A stretch of DNA of 64,000 nt from a virus. Taxonomy: Duplodnaviria; Caudoviricetes. Shown piece after piece: positions 28,661-39,222 of the stretch. Position 1 is the first letter of the stretch, and every line of letters begins with the position of its first letter. The stretch lies in IMG/VR virus record IMGVR_UViG_3300042940_001591. One strand, written 5' to 3'. Made by a program: the position numbers and the translations under genes. The notes beneath the pieces are model-generated. The model worked only from the letters and a program-made list of their open reading frames with translations, searched no databases and was not told the DNA's origin.

Positions 28661-28804
28661 ATGGGAGTATTTGGAATGTCTGAAGAAGAGAAAAAGAAAA
28701 TCTCTAATCAACACAAAATCGCAATGAAAAAAGACGGTGAGAAAAAAGGTGAGCTAAAAAAAGGTTTACAAAAACCAGAAGAAAAAAAGAAAACCCCAAA
28801 ATAG
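28661..28804 (+). CDS. 47-aa basic protein (not in ORF track)
   Basis: MGVFGMSEEEKKKISNQH..; leader resembles that of 53276-53698. Confidence 0.45.
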   Translation: MGVFGMSEEEKKKISNQHKIAMKKDGEKKGELKKGLQKPEEKKKTPK

Positions 28805-28818
28805 GGGTTTTTTTATTA

Positions 28819-31158
28819 TTAGTTTTCTCTTCTCTCATTACTTGAATAATGTTCAAACCTATCGTGTTCTGTGGGGGATGCTAATAATAGTCCCGGCTTT
28901 ATGTTGTTTTTTAATGTCTCTTGAAATATATGGGACATCCATGTTTGTTCAAACGGGCTATCCCATTTAATTGCCAAAAACATTTTCCTATTCCCCTCTT
29001 TGGATACAACTTGAGGCCAATTGCAATAATAAATCTCACCGGTTATATATGGAACAGATCTATGGATTTTAATATTTTTAAAATTTGTGTAAGGTGCGTA
29101 ATTGTGGTCATTATTCGTTTTGACAGGTTTTTCAGGAAACAATTTAGATCTAGTGTCAATAGATACGTTATGCCAAGACCATTGTCTACTATTACTACCA
29201 AAAAATTCAGTAAAATTCCATTTTAGAAAATCAAAGTTTTCGGTCCAAGCAATATCCATCATGACATTGTAAAAATCTTTTATTTTTCTTTTAAAACCGT
29301 TTTTACAAAATTCATCAGGACCTAAATAAAAAAACATATCATCTTCAAAAAACATATGATAATCAAATCCATTCTCTTCCGAATGTTCCGAAATAAATTG
29401 TCTTCCACCACAAATACCCAAATTATCTTTCTTTATTTCTTCAAAACCATACTTCGTACACAATGTTGAATATTCAACATCCGTTTCTCTATTTAATGAA
29501 TTATTTAATAAAAACTTCTTTGGTCTGTCTAAAAAATTTCTATCATACAATTCAAAAGACATACATAATTTTTCAAATTGTTTTGGTGAGTTATATGTCA
29601 TTACATATAGTGCAACATTTTCTTTACTATGTGGGTTAATTTGAACCACACTTGATTTTTCTTGTTTTGCTAATAACGTGTCATTTTTTAAATTCTCAAA
29701 AAACACACCCAATAATCCATCTTGACCAATTTCATAATATTGTACTAATTCAGGATACTTGTATGTAATAATAGTAAAAAGACTTTCCTCAGTTCCCATC
29801 AATCCATTGGATAATGTGTCGTTCATCAATGAGTAATATATTTCATTGATTTTACTAATCATATGTTTAGGACCACCAAATATTCCGCCTCTTGCAACTT
29901 TATTTACTTCGTCTTCAGAATATCTACACATCTCATCATATTTGAAACCGTGTATTTCAACTTTACCATCATATGAAAAACAAACAAATGTAAACTTGTT
30001 GAAATTCTTACTTATATTATTGGTAATTTTATCTTTCCAAAAATAACCCTCGTGTACCGTATTTGTAATTGCACCATCCACCCAAACTAAATGAGATGAG
30101 TTGAATGGGTCCATTATTGATGCATCATTTAAAAGAAACACTTTTGACATGACAATTGGGTTATACATTTCCAATTTTGCTTGAGTACTTTCAGGTAACC
30201 ATCCAGATGTATTAAACCAATCTGGATTATTTCTTATTTTTTGAATCTTATCAAAGAATTCACTTTTCTTAAACCATTCTAGTTCCCTAACAATTATTAA
30301 TGTATTCTCTCTAGCTCTACGTTCCTCAACAAATGACCTATACTTCTCCTCAATATAAATTATCATGTTATCATCTGTCTTCATCAAATTAGACAAATGA
30401 TTTAAGTAATGGTCAAATTTTCTACTCCAACCTTCAGTAAGTTCTTCTCTTTTAATATCCCAAATACCAGTGACAATTGTTGTCCCACCATATTTAACTT
30501 CACCATTGGGTCTTTTAGGTATTTTATTTTCAATTATACCATTTTTTCTATACACCCCTAATTGTTCACAAACTTCTTCTACAGTATAATCAACTCCCTT
30601 TTCTTTAAAAACATCTTCTATTGCAGCACGAACGCCTGGTAAATCATTTCTTTGGTAATCATGAAAACAAATATAACCTCCATCAGTAACTCTATCAAAA
30701 ACTTTACTTAAACTATCATATATTGAATCGTAAAAATCACCATCTAAAAAAGCAAAAGATATTTTTTCAGGTATTTTATCTTCAGGAACGTTCTTAAACC
30801 AATCCTTATGTATTATAGGTAATGGTAGATTATTCTGTTCGAAGTTTGAGATTAATACTTCTTCACTACTTTTTAGTGTTCCGGCTCTCCACCCGCTATT
30901 TTCTTCCCATTTAGATAATGGAGGTAGACCTTCAAAAGAATCGTAAACAAAAAGTTTTTTATTTGAATTTGATTCTAACAATGTCTTCATTAGGTATTTG
31001 CTAGACTCCCCAACATAACACCCAAACTCAACAACGTCACCCTCGACATTATTATCGATAGAATCTAACAAATAGAAAACCAAATTTTTTATTTGTTCGT
31101 CATTAATAATTGACGAATCTATTTTTTTATTTGTAAAAGATAATATATTCTCTATCAT
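28819..31158 (-). CDS. TylF/MycF-type O-methyltransferase fused to HtrL/YibB-like and GT-A-like glycosyltransferase domains
   Basis: GDVVEFGCYVG, DSFEG, LDGDFY, GGYICFHDY; TIVTGIWDI..WVDGAI; FFEDD. Confidence 0.75.
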   Translation of the reverse strand: MIENILSFTNKKIDSSIINDEQIKNLVFYLLDSIDNNVEGDVVEFGCYVGESSKYLMKTLLESNSNKKLFVYDSFEGLPPLSKWEENSGWRAGTLKSSEEVLISNFEQNNLPLPIIHKDWFKNVPEDKIPEKISFAFLDGDFYDSIYDSLSKVFDRVTDGGYICFHDYQRNDLPGVRAAIEDVFKEKGVDYTVEEVCEQLGVYRKNGIIENKIPKRPNGEVKYGGTTIVTGIWDIKREELTEGWSRKFDHYLNHLSNLMKTDDNMIIYIEEKYRSFVEERRARENTLIIVRELEWFKKSEFFDKIQKIRNNPDWFNTSGWLPESTQAKLEMYNPIVMSKVFLLNDASIMDPFNSSHLVWVDGAITNTVHEGYFWKDKITNNISKNFNKFTFVCFSYDGKVEIHGFKYDEMCRYSEDEVNKVARGGIFGGPKHMISKINEIYYSLMNDTLSNGLMGTEESLFTIITYKYPELVQYYEIGQDGLLGVFFENLKNDTLLAKQEKSSVVQINPHSKENVALYVMTYNSPKQFEKLCMSFELYDRNFLDRPKKFLLNNSLNRETDVEYSTLCTKYGFEEIKKDNLGICGGRQFISEHSEENGFDYHMFFEDDMFFYLGPDEFCKNGFKRKIKDFYNVMMDIAWTENFDFLKWNFTEFFGSNSRQWSWHNVSIDTRSKLFPEKPVKTNNDHNYAPYTNFKNIKIHRSVPYITGEIYYCNWPQVVSKEGNRKMFLAIKWDSPFEQTWMSHIFQETLKNNIKPGLLLASPTEHDRFEHYSSNERREN

Positions 31159-31775
31159 TATTTAATATCATTTAATGAACATGGAATTAAAAATTCATGT
31201 GGTCCGGTTATGTAAGATTTTCTTTGTCTGTTTTCATCCAAATATGTTCTGGTTAAATCATCTGATGGATGATAATGATAATATTTTAAATCTTTACTTG
31301 GGTTATATACATTTTTATTAAAATTATGCATTAACCATGCTGCCATCCTATTATCACCTCCAGGCACACCAAAAGGTATTTCTTCATATTCGTCTAAATT
31401 AATAGAACCATAAAATATAAAGACATCTTGCGAATCCTTTGCATTAAAAAACCAAATATGGTTTTCATTAACATAATTCCATCTTGTTAATCCTAAACAT
31501 AGTTTTTCTTTTTCTTTGTAATTCGTATATAGATTACGTAACTCAGTTAAAAATGTCTCATCAAAAAAATTATCGGGATTAGCAATTATGTTTATATCGT
31601 TTGGATATTTTTCTATTTCTTTTAAAAAATTATTAAAAGTTGGTCTCTTTGATGTATCAATAATGTAATTATCAAAACTTAAATTTTTATTTATTTGATA
31701 ACAATAATCAAATTCAGATTCTCTTATTTCATTTTTGGGTTCGTAAAACCACCCCGTAAATAAATTAACTTTCAT
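31158..31775 (-). CDS. glycosyltransferase-like hypothetical protein
   Basis: IIANPDNFFD, SQDVFIF, GGDNR; locus context. Confidence 0.5.
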   Translation of the reverse strand: MKVNLFTGWFYEPKNEIRESEFDYCYQINKNLSFDNYIIDTSKRPTFNNFLKEIEKYPNDINIIANPDNFFDETFLTELRNLYTNYKEKEKLCLGLTRWNYVNENHIWFFNAKDSQDVFIFYGSINLDEYEEIPFGVPGGDNRMAAWLMHNFNKNVYNPSKDLKYYHYHPSDDLTRTYLDENRQRKSYITGPHEFLIPCSLNDIK

Positions 31776-31778
31776 ATA

Positions 31779-33296
31779 TTATAAAGGGTTATTTTTTATG
31801 TATTCTTCTCCATTATATTCGGGACCTGATTTCGATGCTCCTTGATAACGTCTAGATGCGTCTGTATGACCAACATATGGACCCTCTCCAATGTCACCAT
31901 ACAAATATGTCCCCCAATCATCTTTAATATCTTCCCATTTATTTTCACTAATTATCTTTCTATATGTAGGTATCATCGTTTCCTCAACATTATGTTGACC
32001 TTGATGTACCGTACCTACATGTTCATTATTAATGTATTTGTCGAACCATTCTTTGAATTTACTAAGTCTAAACATTGCCGGATTATTAGACCACCTACAT
32101 ACTGTAATCAAATCGATTTCATCAATTCTAGACTCCCTATCAAAAGGCGTGACATTATCTTCAACATCTCTAGCAATATCGAATCCTCTCATTGTATTAT
32201 CGTCTTTTGAGAACCATACCGAATTTACAAAATCATATTTTTTAAATGACTGAGTTAATTTTAAAAAATCAATATTATCTTTCTTTAGAAAAACCCAATC
32301 ATGTTCTAAAAATATAAAATACGGAGTTTTAATTCTACTAATAACATTCTTAAATGTTGAAATTAGACCACCAAATCCTGTGGTCATGGTAACATTTAAT
32401 TCACTTTTAGCGTCTCTAAAATATGCGTTTAACTTGAATTTTTCTAAATTAATATCGTTACTACCCGACTCGTCATAATGAACTAAAAATTTGCACTTTA
32501 GTAACTCACTAGGTAAACTATGTAATAGATAATTTAAATAATACAAATAATTTTCAACAAAATGTCCAGCAATTACAATTGTAACGTCCTTTTCTATCTT
32601 TTCCTCAGTAAAATCTATATTATAATTGCTATAAATGAATCTATCGTAATTACCTTGTATCCAAGCGTTATAGTTAACAGGACCTCTTGGTTGTAGTGTA
32701 GAAACAAATCCCACCGCGTGATTTATAATCATCGGTACCGTGGTTAAAGTTACAAATCCTTCATCATTTAATCTAGGTAAAAAATCATCTATTGCCAATA
32801 AATCTTTTCTATAATTTAAATTATTAACAACATACTCATACGCCCTTTTCTTAATCAAATATGCCCATGCACCTGTACTTCTATCAATCTTTGATAAGGT
32901 ATTTGTGACGGGTATTAGATTTGATTTTGGATTACAACCAAATAATAAAACATCCCACTCTACATTTTGTAAGTCATTATAAATTTGAGGTATTAAATCA
33001 TTAAATGTTGGTTTAGTTTGACTATTTGGTAAATAACAAACATCATTTATATCCATATCATCTTCGCAAACAAAAATAACTTCATAATCATTATTAAGTG
33101 CATCTTGAAATACCCCTAAATGACTTTTAGTACATGAATATTGTATCATTTCATCAGTTAATGCTGAAAATCTATTTAGATTTTGAATGTCATATTTAAT
33201 CTTTAATTCTTCTATATGATTTTTTCTATCGGTTGAAGAATCCAAGTTAATATAATATCCATTATTTGCAAAGTTAAAATTTTGTATTGTAAACAT
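31779..33296 (-). CDS. GT25-like glycosyltransferase with second GT-A domain
   Basis: YINLDSSTDR, CTKSH, VCEDD, GAWAYLI; FLEHDW. Confidence 0.75.
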   Translation of the reverse strand: MFTIQNFNFANNGYYINLDSSTDRKNHIEELKIKYDIQNLNRFSALTDEMIQYSCTKSHLGVFQDALNNDYEVIFVCEDDMDINDVCYLPNSQTKPTFNDLIPQIYNDLQNVEWDVLLFGCNPKSNLIPVTNTLSKIDRSTGAWAYLIKKRAYEYVVNNLNYRKDLLAIDDFLPRLNDEGFVTLTTVPMIINHAVGFVSTLQPRGPVNYNAWIQGNYDRFIYSNYNIDFTEEKIEKDVTIVIAGHFVENYLYYLNYLLHSLPSELLKCKFLVHYDESGSNDINLEKFKLNAYFRDAKSELNVTMTTGFGGLISTFKNVISRIKTPYFIFLEHDWVFLKKDNIDFLKLTQSFKKYDFVNSVWFSKDDNTMRGFDIARDVEDNVTPFDRESRIDEIDLITVCRWSNNPAMFRLSKFKEWFDKYINNEHVGTVHQGQHNVEETMIPTYRKIISENKWEDIKDDWGTYLYGDIGEGPYVGHTDASRRYQGASKSGPEYNGEEYIKNNPL

Positions 33297-33307
33297 CTTT
33301 ATATTTT

Positions 33308-34102
33308 TTAATATCTATCCTCATAAACGTGATTTGTAACAAACATAGTGTCAGTGTGTATTAATTTAAAATTAGACATTGGTATTACAAAAGATAGATT
33401 TGATAGATACCCTGTTTTATAGCCATACGATTTTTCATAACCGTAGTCCACAATATAGTCCCAATTATTAAAAAACTTATCGAAACTTTCCCTACTCTCC
33501 CCAAAAAATAATTGATTTGTTCCGTCTAATGTATCGTATTCATCTTCACTAAAATTAAGATTTAAATCATCGATATATTTTTGATGATAATAAAATAATT
33601 CTTGTGTTGGGTATCTGTGTTTGTAGACGAATCTTGCAGAAGATGTTTTAATGGTATTTGGTTCGTATAAATTTAATAAATGATTCATAACATCTTCTTT
33701 TGTTACTCCATCTTTTATTTTAGTATCACATTCTAAAAAATATAAACCTAAATAACCATCTTCGGCAGCCTTTTTTAAAATAAACCTTCTTAAATTCCAC
33801 GGATATCTAGCAGGATATAAACCAGAAGGGTCTTCAGGTAATGGTTCGTTTATTTTTGATTTTTCATTATCCTTTCTTAAATCTTCAATATCAAAAACTT
33901 TTATTAGTGGATGATTTTCATACTCACTAAATTCTTCTTTTAGATTTGTTGAAATATAAAATGGTATATCTAACCCTAATTCTAAAAATCTTTTAATATT
34001 GTAATCCTTTACTCTCTTGACGTAATTAGGATAATTAGCTTCTGTTAAAAAACAAATTTTCATGATATGATTTATAAATCTCCGATTATTCTTTCTAACC
34101 AA
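33308..34102 (-). CDS. glycosyltransferase-like hypothetical protein
   Basis: YFLECD (DxD-like); locus context. Confidence 0.5.
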   Translation of the reverse strand: MVRKNNRRFINHIMKICFLTEANYPNYVKRVKDYNIKRFLELGLDIPFYISTNLKEEFSEYENHPLIKVFDIEDLRKDNEKSKINEPLPEDPSGLYPARYPWNLRRFILKKAAEDGYLGLYFLECDTKIKDGVTKEDVMNHLLNLYEPNTIKTSSARFVYKHRYPTQELFYYHQKYIDDLNLNFSEDEYDTLDGTNQLFFGESRESFDKFFNNWDYIVDYGYEKSYGYKTGYLSNLSFVIPMSNFKLIHTDTMFVTNHVYEDRY

Positions 34103-35322
34103 CCCTTAGATTCGCTATGTGGCCAAACAACCCAATATTTTGGCTTTGTTTCAACTGTAAATTCTCTCCAAATTTTACAGTATCCATCAGGGTCACTTTT
34201 TAATCTTCGTATTTCATCTTTATCTGCGTCCTTTCTAAAAAGAGTTTCATCTTTTTCATTATGAAAAGCAACAACCCAAAAATCATAATCATTTTCAGGT
34301 ACTCTATCAAAAGTAACATCAATACAATGTTTAAAAATTGATAAAAATGAATCATTAAATTCATCACCATATAAAGGTGGATTGGGTGCTAAATTATTAT
34401 CTACCGTATATTTTTGCACCGCTCTCTTTTTAAATGAAATTCCCGCATATCTTTCATAATCCTCTAAAGTTCTTTCTTTACCAAAATCATAAATCCCAAA
34501 ATCAATGTCTTTTACCTCACCATCCATCTCAAATAATTTTCTATTTCTTTTATGACAACTTACGTTTTTGGTTACCCATTGTTTATCGTCATCCCATTGT
34601 TTTTTTCTACCCTTACGAGTATATTCGTGCCACACAACGGTTTTATGTGGATGAAATAAATCATAACCCCACGTGTATGCTCTTACCGCAATTGAAATTT
34701 CTTCTCCGTGGAAATAATATTCGGGGTCATGTGGAACTTCTTTAACAAAAGAACCTAATGTAAAGCAAAAATGTGCTGAATAAAATCTAGCGGGTATAGG
34801 TTCTGTTCTTTTTTGATAATCGTCAATTGTTGCAGGTAAGAAAAACACCGCACCTTCAGGAATGAATCTATCAAAATTCATTTTCCATGGGGCTTGGATT
34901 CTGCCAGCTGGATCATTATCGGGATCAAACGATGATACATATCCCGTTAGTAAAGGTTTCTTATGTCCTTTTTTCTGTAATTGTTTAATCATTTTTATGC
35001 AGTCTTCGTCCCAATTTTCCGCGAATCTATGATGAGAATCTAATTGAATTGTATATTCTTCTCCGTCATATTGTTGTTGTAATTTATTTCTAGCCCAACA
35101 TGCTCCTTTAGAATCTTCGTAATTAATGTCAATTATTTTGAATCTCTTGTCATTTGAAAATTCATCTAAATTGTCCCATTCATCTTCTTTTGACCTTTGC
35201 CAAGCAATTGAAAAAACTAAATTTTCCGGTTTTTTTGCGTTTTTTATACAGTCTTTTATTGTTGGTACTAATTGCGGATCTCGATAAGATGCAATTTGAA
35301 TGAAAATTTTGTTGTTACCCAT
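34072..35322 (-). CDS. Skp1-hydroxyproline GlcNAc-transferase (GT60)-like glycosyltransferase
   Basis: IFIQIASYRDPQL, GACWAR, QLDSHHRF, YFHGEEI..R. Confidence 0.8.
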   Translation of the reverse strand: MGNNKIFIQIASYRDPQLVPTIKDCIKNAKKPENLVFSIAWQRSKEDEWDNLDEFSNDKRFKIIDINYEDSKGACWARNKLQQQYDGEEYTIQLDSHHRFAENWDEDCIKMIKQLQKKGHKKPLLTGYVSSFDPDNDPAGRIQAPWKMNFDRFIPEGAVFFLPATIDDYQKRTEPIPARFYSAHFCFTLGSFVKEVPHDPEYYFHGEEISIAVRAYTWGYDLFHPHKTVVWHEYTRKGRKKQWDDDKQWVTKNVSCHKRNRKLFEMDGEVKDIDFGIYDFGKERTLEDYERYAGISFKKRAVQKYTVDNNLAPNPPLYGDEFNDSFLSIFKHCIDVTFDRVPENDYDFWVVAFHNEKDETLFRKDADKDEIRRLKSDPDGYCKIWREFTVETKPKYWVVWPHSESKGWLERIIGDL

Positions 35323-35431
35323 TATATTTTAATTATACGATAATATATAAAAAAATGTGGATACTTTCAACCAAATAATTTTTTTTATTGGTGTTTTTTA
35401 CATATATTTTAATAAAAATCAAACATATATC

Positions 35432-35788
35432 ATGTCAAAAATATACCAACCTATTGTTATTGAAAGAACAAAAGAAATCATTGAAACTTTGGTGGAAACT
35501 AATTTCTTTTTCGATTATGAAATTGAAGTTACGGATTTTGCTAAAAATCACATATCCGACATGTTAACTGAAAAGTTCATAAATGGTGATACTGACCTTA
35601 CTGAAGATGAAATTTTTAGTGAAGATGAGTTTGAAACTCTTTTACGTGAAATTGTGGCGGGTACAATACTAAATGAACTAAAAACAAAAGGTTTAGTAAA
35701 TTCATACGAAGACGATAACACCGAAGAGATGTTTTTCTTAACTGAAAAAGGTAAAAAAGTGTTAAAAAATGATGAAAAACTAAAATAA
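35432..35788 (+). CDS. acidic hypothetical protein, possible winged helix
   Basis: Start moved to MSKIY; LKTKGLV..FFLTEKG. Confidence 0.5.
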   Translation: MSKIYQPIVIERTKEIIETLVETNFFFDYEIEVTDFAKNHISDMLTEKFINGDTDLTEDEIFSEDEFETLLREIVAGTILNELKTKGLVNSYEDDNTEEMFFLTEKGKKVLKNDEKLK

Positions 35789-35791
35789 CTC

Positions 35792-36121
35792 TTATTTTTT
35801 CTTCTCGTCCAAAGATTGGGAGTATATAGACTTTTTATACTGTCTAACTTTGTCTTTAAGTTGGGTTAACAATTTTTGAGCATTAGATAAACTAACAGTT
35901 ATTCCCGAAATTCTCGCGTTTGACGTGCTTTTTAAGCCAGAAGGTATGGAATCCTCCAACTTTCTCAATTCTTTTACTGTTTCACCTAAAGAATTTTGTA
36001 ATTCTTCTATTTTAAACTGCACTCTACTAAAATCCTGTCTAGATACTTTCGACATTTGCTCAAATAAGACCTTATCAACCGCCTCTTTGACTAAATTTTC
36101 TGATATGATGTTTTTTTCCAT
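35792..36121 (-). CDS. coiled-coil hypothetical protein
   Basis: IISE leader, heptads. Confidence 0.5.
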   Translation of the reverse strand: MEKNIISENLVKEAVDKVLFEQMSKVSRQDFSRVQFKIEELQNSLGETVKELRKLEDSIPSGLKSTSNARISGITVSLSNAQKLLTQLKDKVRQYKKSIYSQSLDEKKK

Positions 36122-36124
36122 ATA

Positions 36125-36373
36125 TTATTCTAAACCAAAGTCTTTTTCTTCTCTATCCGTTAATTCACCATCTCTTTTCATACCTTCTTTAATGTAATTT
36201 CTAATTAATTTAGATACAGTTACTTCTTGGTTATTTGCAACTTTCTCAATCTCCTTATAATAAGCAGGAACAACTCTAAATGTTAACATTTTTATCAATT
36301 GCTTATGTTTTGGTTGACTTGAGCTTGGTTTGTCGTTCGATGATTGCATTTCTTTATATGCGTCTGATGCCAT
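36125..36373 (-). CDS. ribbon-helix-helix DNA-binding protein
   Basis: MLTFRV..IEKVA..VSKLIRNYI. Confidence 0.6.
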   Translation of the reverse strand: MASDAYKEMQSSNDKPSSSQPKHKQLIKMLTFRVVPAYYKEIEKVANNQEVTVSKLIRNYIKEGMKRDGELTDREEKDFGLE

Positions 36374-36444
36374 GATATGTGTTTTTTATATAAATATTTT
36401 GTATTACAAATAAAATTCATTATATTAATAAAAAACACAAAAAT

Positions 36445-36804
36445 ATGTCAGAAGATACCACTCCACAACTTTCCCCAATCAAATTATGTGAGGAAAAGTA
36501 CCCAGAAACAACTGCAGAATTTAAAAAGATTCTAAAAGAACAGTACGAAACCTTTTGCAGGAAACAACTTAACTATGGACCCGATAATATATCCGTAGGG
36601 ACTCGTTTAGAGACCCCTGACGAGATTAAATTATCTCAAACAGGACTTTGGTTCAGAATGAATGATAAGATTCAGAGATTGAAACAATTGGTGTTATTAG
36701 GTAAGCCAGATACTGTTGGTGAGGCTATTGAGGATACATATCAAGATTTATCAGTATATAACATAATTGCTCAAATTGTTGTTAGAGGTAAATGGGCCAA
36801 ATAA
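36445..36804 (+). CDS. DUF1599 / nucleotide-modification-associated domain 1 protein
   Basis: KQLNYG, RMNDKIQRL, IEDTYQDLSVY. Confidence 0.7.
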   Translation: MSEDTTPQLSPIKLCEEKYPETTAEFKKILKEQYETFCRKQLNYGPDNISVGTRLETPDEIKLSQTGLWFRMNDKIQRLKQLVLLGKPDTVGEAIEDTYQDLSVYNIIAQIVVRGKWAK

Positions 36805-36908
36805 TTTAATTTTTTACCATTCAAAAAAAGGGGGTAAAACTAAAATTTTATCCCTTTTTTTATTTATTATAATAAACCATCTACTATTTATTTAAAAACG
36901 AAATAATA

Positions 36909-37268
36909 ATGAAAGTAAACGTAAATCATCCATCTTTTATCCAATTCTTGGAAACTGTGAGTAACAATATTTTATCTAACGTTACTATTGAGAATTACTT
37001 CTCATTACCCCAAGAAAAAAAAATGTCAGTACTTTATATGGTTTTTAAATTAATGAAAAATTCCGTAAAATCCAGAGCACAATTAACTGACATGGAATTA
37101 AAAAGTTTTCTTACTGTTTTGTGGAAAAAACATGAAGACAATGAAAATTACGAATTTGCTGCAGTTTTAAAAGACATTTCTAACAATTTTGACGCAATTA
37201 ACGATTTTGTTAAACCACCTAAAAGGACAAAAAGAACGATAAAAACCGATAACCAAAATAATGGCTAG
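36909..37268 (+). CDS. hypothetical protein with UVR-like motif
   Basis: ENYEFAAVLKD. Confidence 0.55.
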   Translation: MKVNVNHPSFIQFLETVSNNILSNVTIENYFSLPQEKKMSVLYMVFKLMKNSVKSRAQLTDMELKSFLTVLWKKHEDNENYEFAAVLKDISNNFDAINDFVKPPKRTKRTIKTDNQNNG

Positions 37269-37653
37269 AACTATTGACATAGAATCCAAAAAACGTTACG
37301 CCACACTAGCTTTAAAGTGGTGTGAATCGTATTTTGGCATATGTGATAGAAAAAAACGTAAATTATTGTTTAGATTTAGTGAAAGAAAACGTAAAATGGA
37401 TAATTTTGACATTTTTGGTAATTATTGTTTTTATCGAAATGAAATTATAATCTATCTACCAAATAATAATACAATATACGATTTAGTTGCGACCGTAATC
37501 CATGAGTACACGCATTATTTGCAAGTTCGTAGAAAATATAGGGAATATGAGTTATCAAGATATTATTCCCATAATCCGATGGAAAGACAAGCGAAAAGAA
37601 ATGAAGATAGATATACTAAATTATGTTTAAAAGAAATTAAGAAACTATTTTAG
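37261..37653 (+). CDS. HExxH metallopeptidase-like protein
   Basis: TVIHEYTHYLQ..PMERQA. Confidence 0.6.
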   Translation: MARTIDIESKKRYATLALKWCESYFGICDRKKRKLLFRFSERKRKMDNFDIFGNYCFYRNEIIIYLPNNNTIYDLVATVIHEYTHYLQVRRKYREYELSRYYSHNPMERQAKRNEDRYTKLCLKEIKKLF

Positions 37654-37837
37654 CCTCTTCAATCCCCCTTAAAAACAATAAAATATCGTCTTGTTGATTT
37701 CTATTTCTTACTACCATATCACAATACCAAAATTCCTTTAAATCATTAACTGAACCTTCCTTTACTTGTGAATGTTTAATTCTTCTATAAACCCAATATA
37801 GTTTATCTTGATAGTTTACTAATTCTTTGTTTAACAT
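37637..37837 (-). CDS. hypothetical protein
   Basis: Operonic with nuclease. Confidence 0.5.
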   Translation of the reverse strand: MLNKELVNYQDKLYWVYRRIKHSQVKEGSVNDLKEFWYCDMVVRNRNQQDDILLFLRGIEEAKIVS

Positions 37838-37840
37838 AAT

Positions 37841-38443
37841 TTACTTGTGATCACTAGGTGGGCATATCATCTCAAGTTCATCCCATTTAAATTTAGGTTT
37901 TTCATTTAAAAAAACATAGCATTTCCACTTCTTTTGTTTTTCAAAATAAATGTGTTTTTGCATATATGACGGAATTGCTGAATTTGTAGGTAATCTTCTC
38001 ACTGGTTTGTCAAAAAATATTTTGATGATGATTGTCAAATTCTCATTGTCATCCCATTTTCTTTCCTGCTCCTCAAGTAATCTCCATTCACCTCTATTCA
38101 TGTGTTGATCCTGTAACATACAGTTCAAATATGAAAATGTTTGTTTAAGATTTTCCATATTATCAGAGAATGATGCTGCCGGCGCCAAATGTCCCTTATC
38201 GTATATGTTTTTAGCATAATCTTCGGCGTTAGACGTGTGTATATTCTTTTCAGTATAAAAGTCCATTGACCCTCTATTTACGTTTGTAGGTCTATTAGTT
38301 GAACGGTACTTTAACCATAAAGGTGATTCTAATTTTTGAGAGTAAAGTACCTCAAATACTTGATTTTTAACTCTTATAGTGTCTTGTGCAAATAATACTG
38401 TACTGAATAAAATAAAGACGATTAATAGTAAACCTTTTTTCAT
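37841..38443 (-). CDS. exported DNA/RNA non-specific endonuclease (NucA family)
   Basis: Signal ..LFA|Q; YDKGHLAPAA, TFSYLN..Q..MNRGEWRLLE. Confidence 0.85.
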   Translation of the reverse strand: MKKGLLLIVFILFSTVLFAQDTIRVKNQVFEVLYSQKLESPLWLKYRSTNRPTNVNRGSMDFYTEKNIHTSNAEDYAKNIYDKGHLAPAASFSDNMENLKQTFSYLNCMLQDQHMNRGEWRLLEEQERKWDDNENLTIIIKIFFDKPVRRLPTNSAIPSYMQKHIYFEKQKKWKCYVFLNEKPKFKWDELEMICPPSDHK

Positions 38444-38991
38444 AAATTGTTTTCTATTAAATATTTGTAAATCTCCAAAGGAGTGTCATTATGAACACTA
38501 AATTCACTATAAGGTATATTATTAATATCCAATGTGAGTTTAATATCCCTATCAATTTCTTCAGCCTCTTGTAAATCTTGTATCCTACCGTTAGGGTCAT
38601 ATGTCTCATTATTTCTCTTTAATATTATGTTTATATTTTCATATTGTTTAAATAACTTCCATATGAAGTCACCTAAACCTGTCATCCCATAAAAGGATGC
38701 AGGATAATCATCACCATACCTTTGTTCATAAAAACACCCAAGAATAATCGGTGAGTCCACAATTATATAATCAACCTTACCATAAAGACGACTAATGTTT
38801 CTATGTTGATTTGCGGTAATAAAAAATTGATCTTTTAATTGAGATATGTTACCTTCCCACGCAACTTCTTTAGGGAACTCATACGTATATTCGACGCTCA
38901 TGTGACGTTTTTTCATCTCGGTAAATAAACCTGATGCTTGTGTTGATTTACCTATACCAGGACCACCAAAAAAGTTAATTATCTTGCTCAT
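38440..38991 (-). CDS. P-loop kinase/ATPase (AAA_28-like)
   Basis: GGPGIGKST, IVDSP. Confidence 0.7.
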   Translation of the reverse strand: MSKIINFFGGPGIGKSTQASGLFTEMKKRHMSVEYTYEFPKEVAWEGNISQLKDQFFITANQHRNISRLYGKVDYIIVDSPIILGCFYEQRYGDDYPASFYGMTGLGDFIWKLFKQYENINIILKRNNETYDPNGRIQDLQEAEEIDRDIKLTLDINNIPYSEFSVHNDTPLEIYKYLIENNL

Positions 38992-39222
38992 ATGTTACAT
39001 AATATACATAAAAAAAGGGAGTTTGTGAAATCTCCCGTATATTAAATTTAAATAAGTTTATTTTGTCCCCCGACAACAAAAATAAATAAACTATTATATG
39101 AAAAAAGACCATAAAATACAATGACTATTTGTCAGTTTAAAATTAATTTCGGTTTATTATGAGGTAAACGTAATAAAATTTAAAACTTTATTTTTAATAT
39201 AACTATTTATAGAATTATTACT

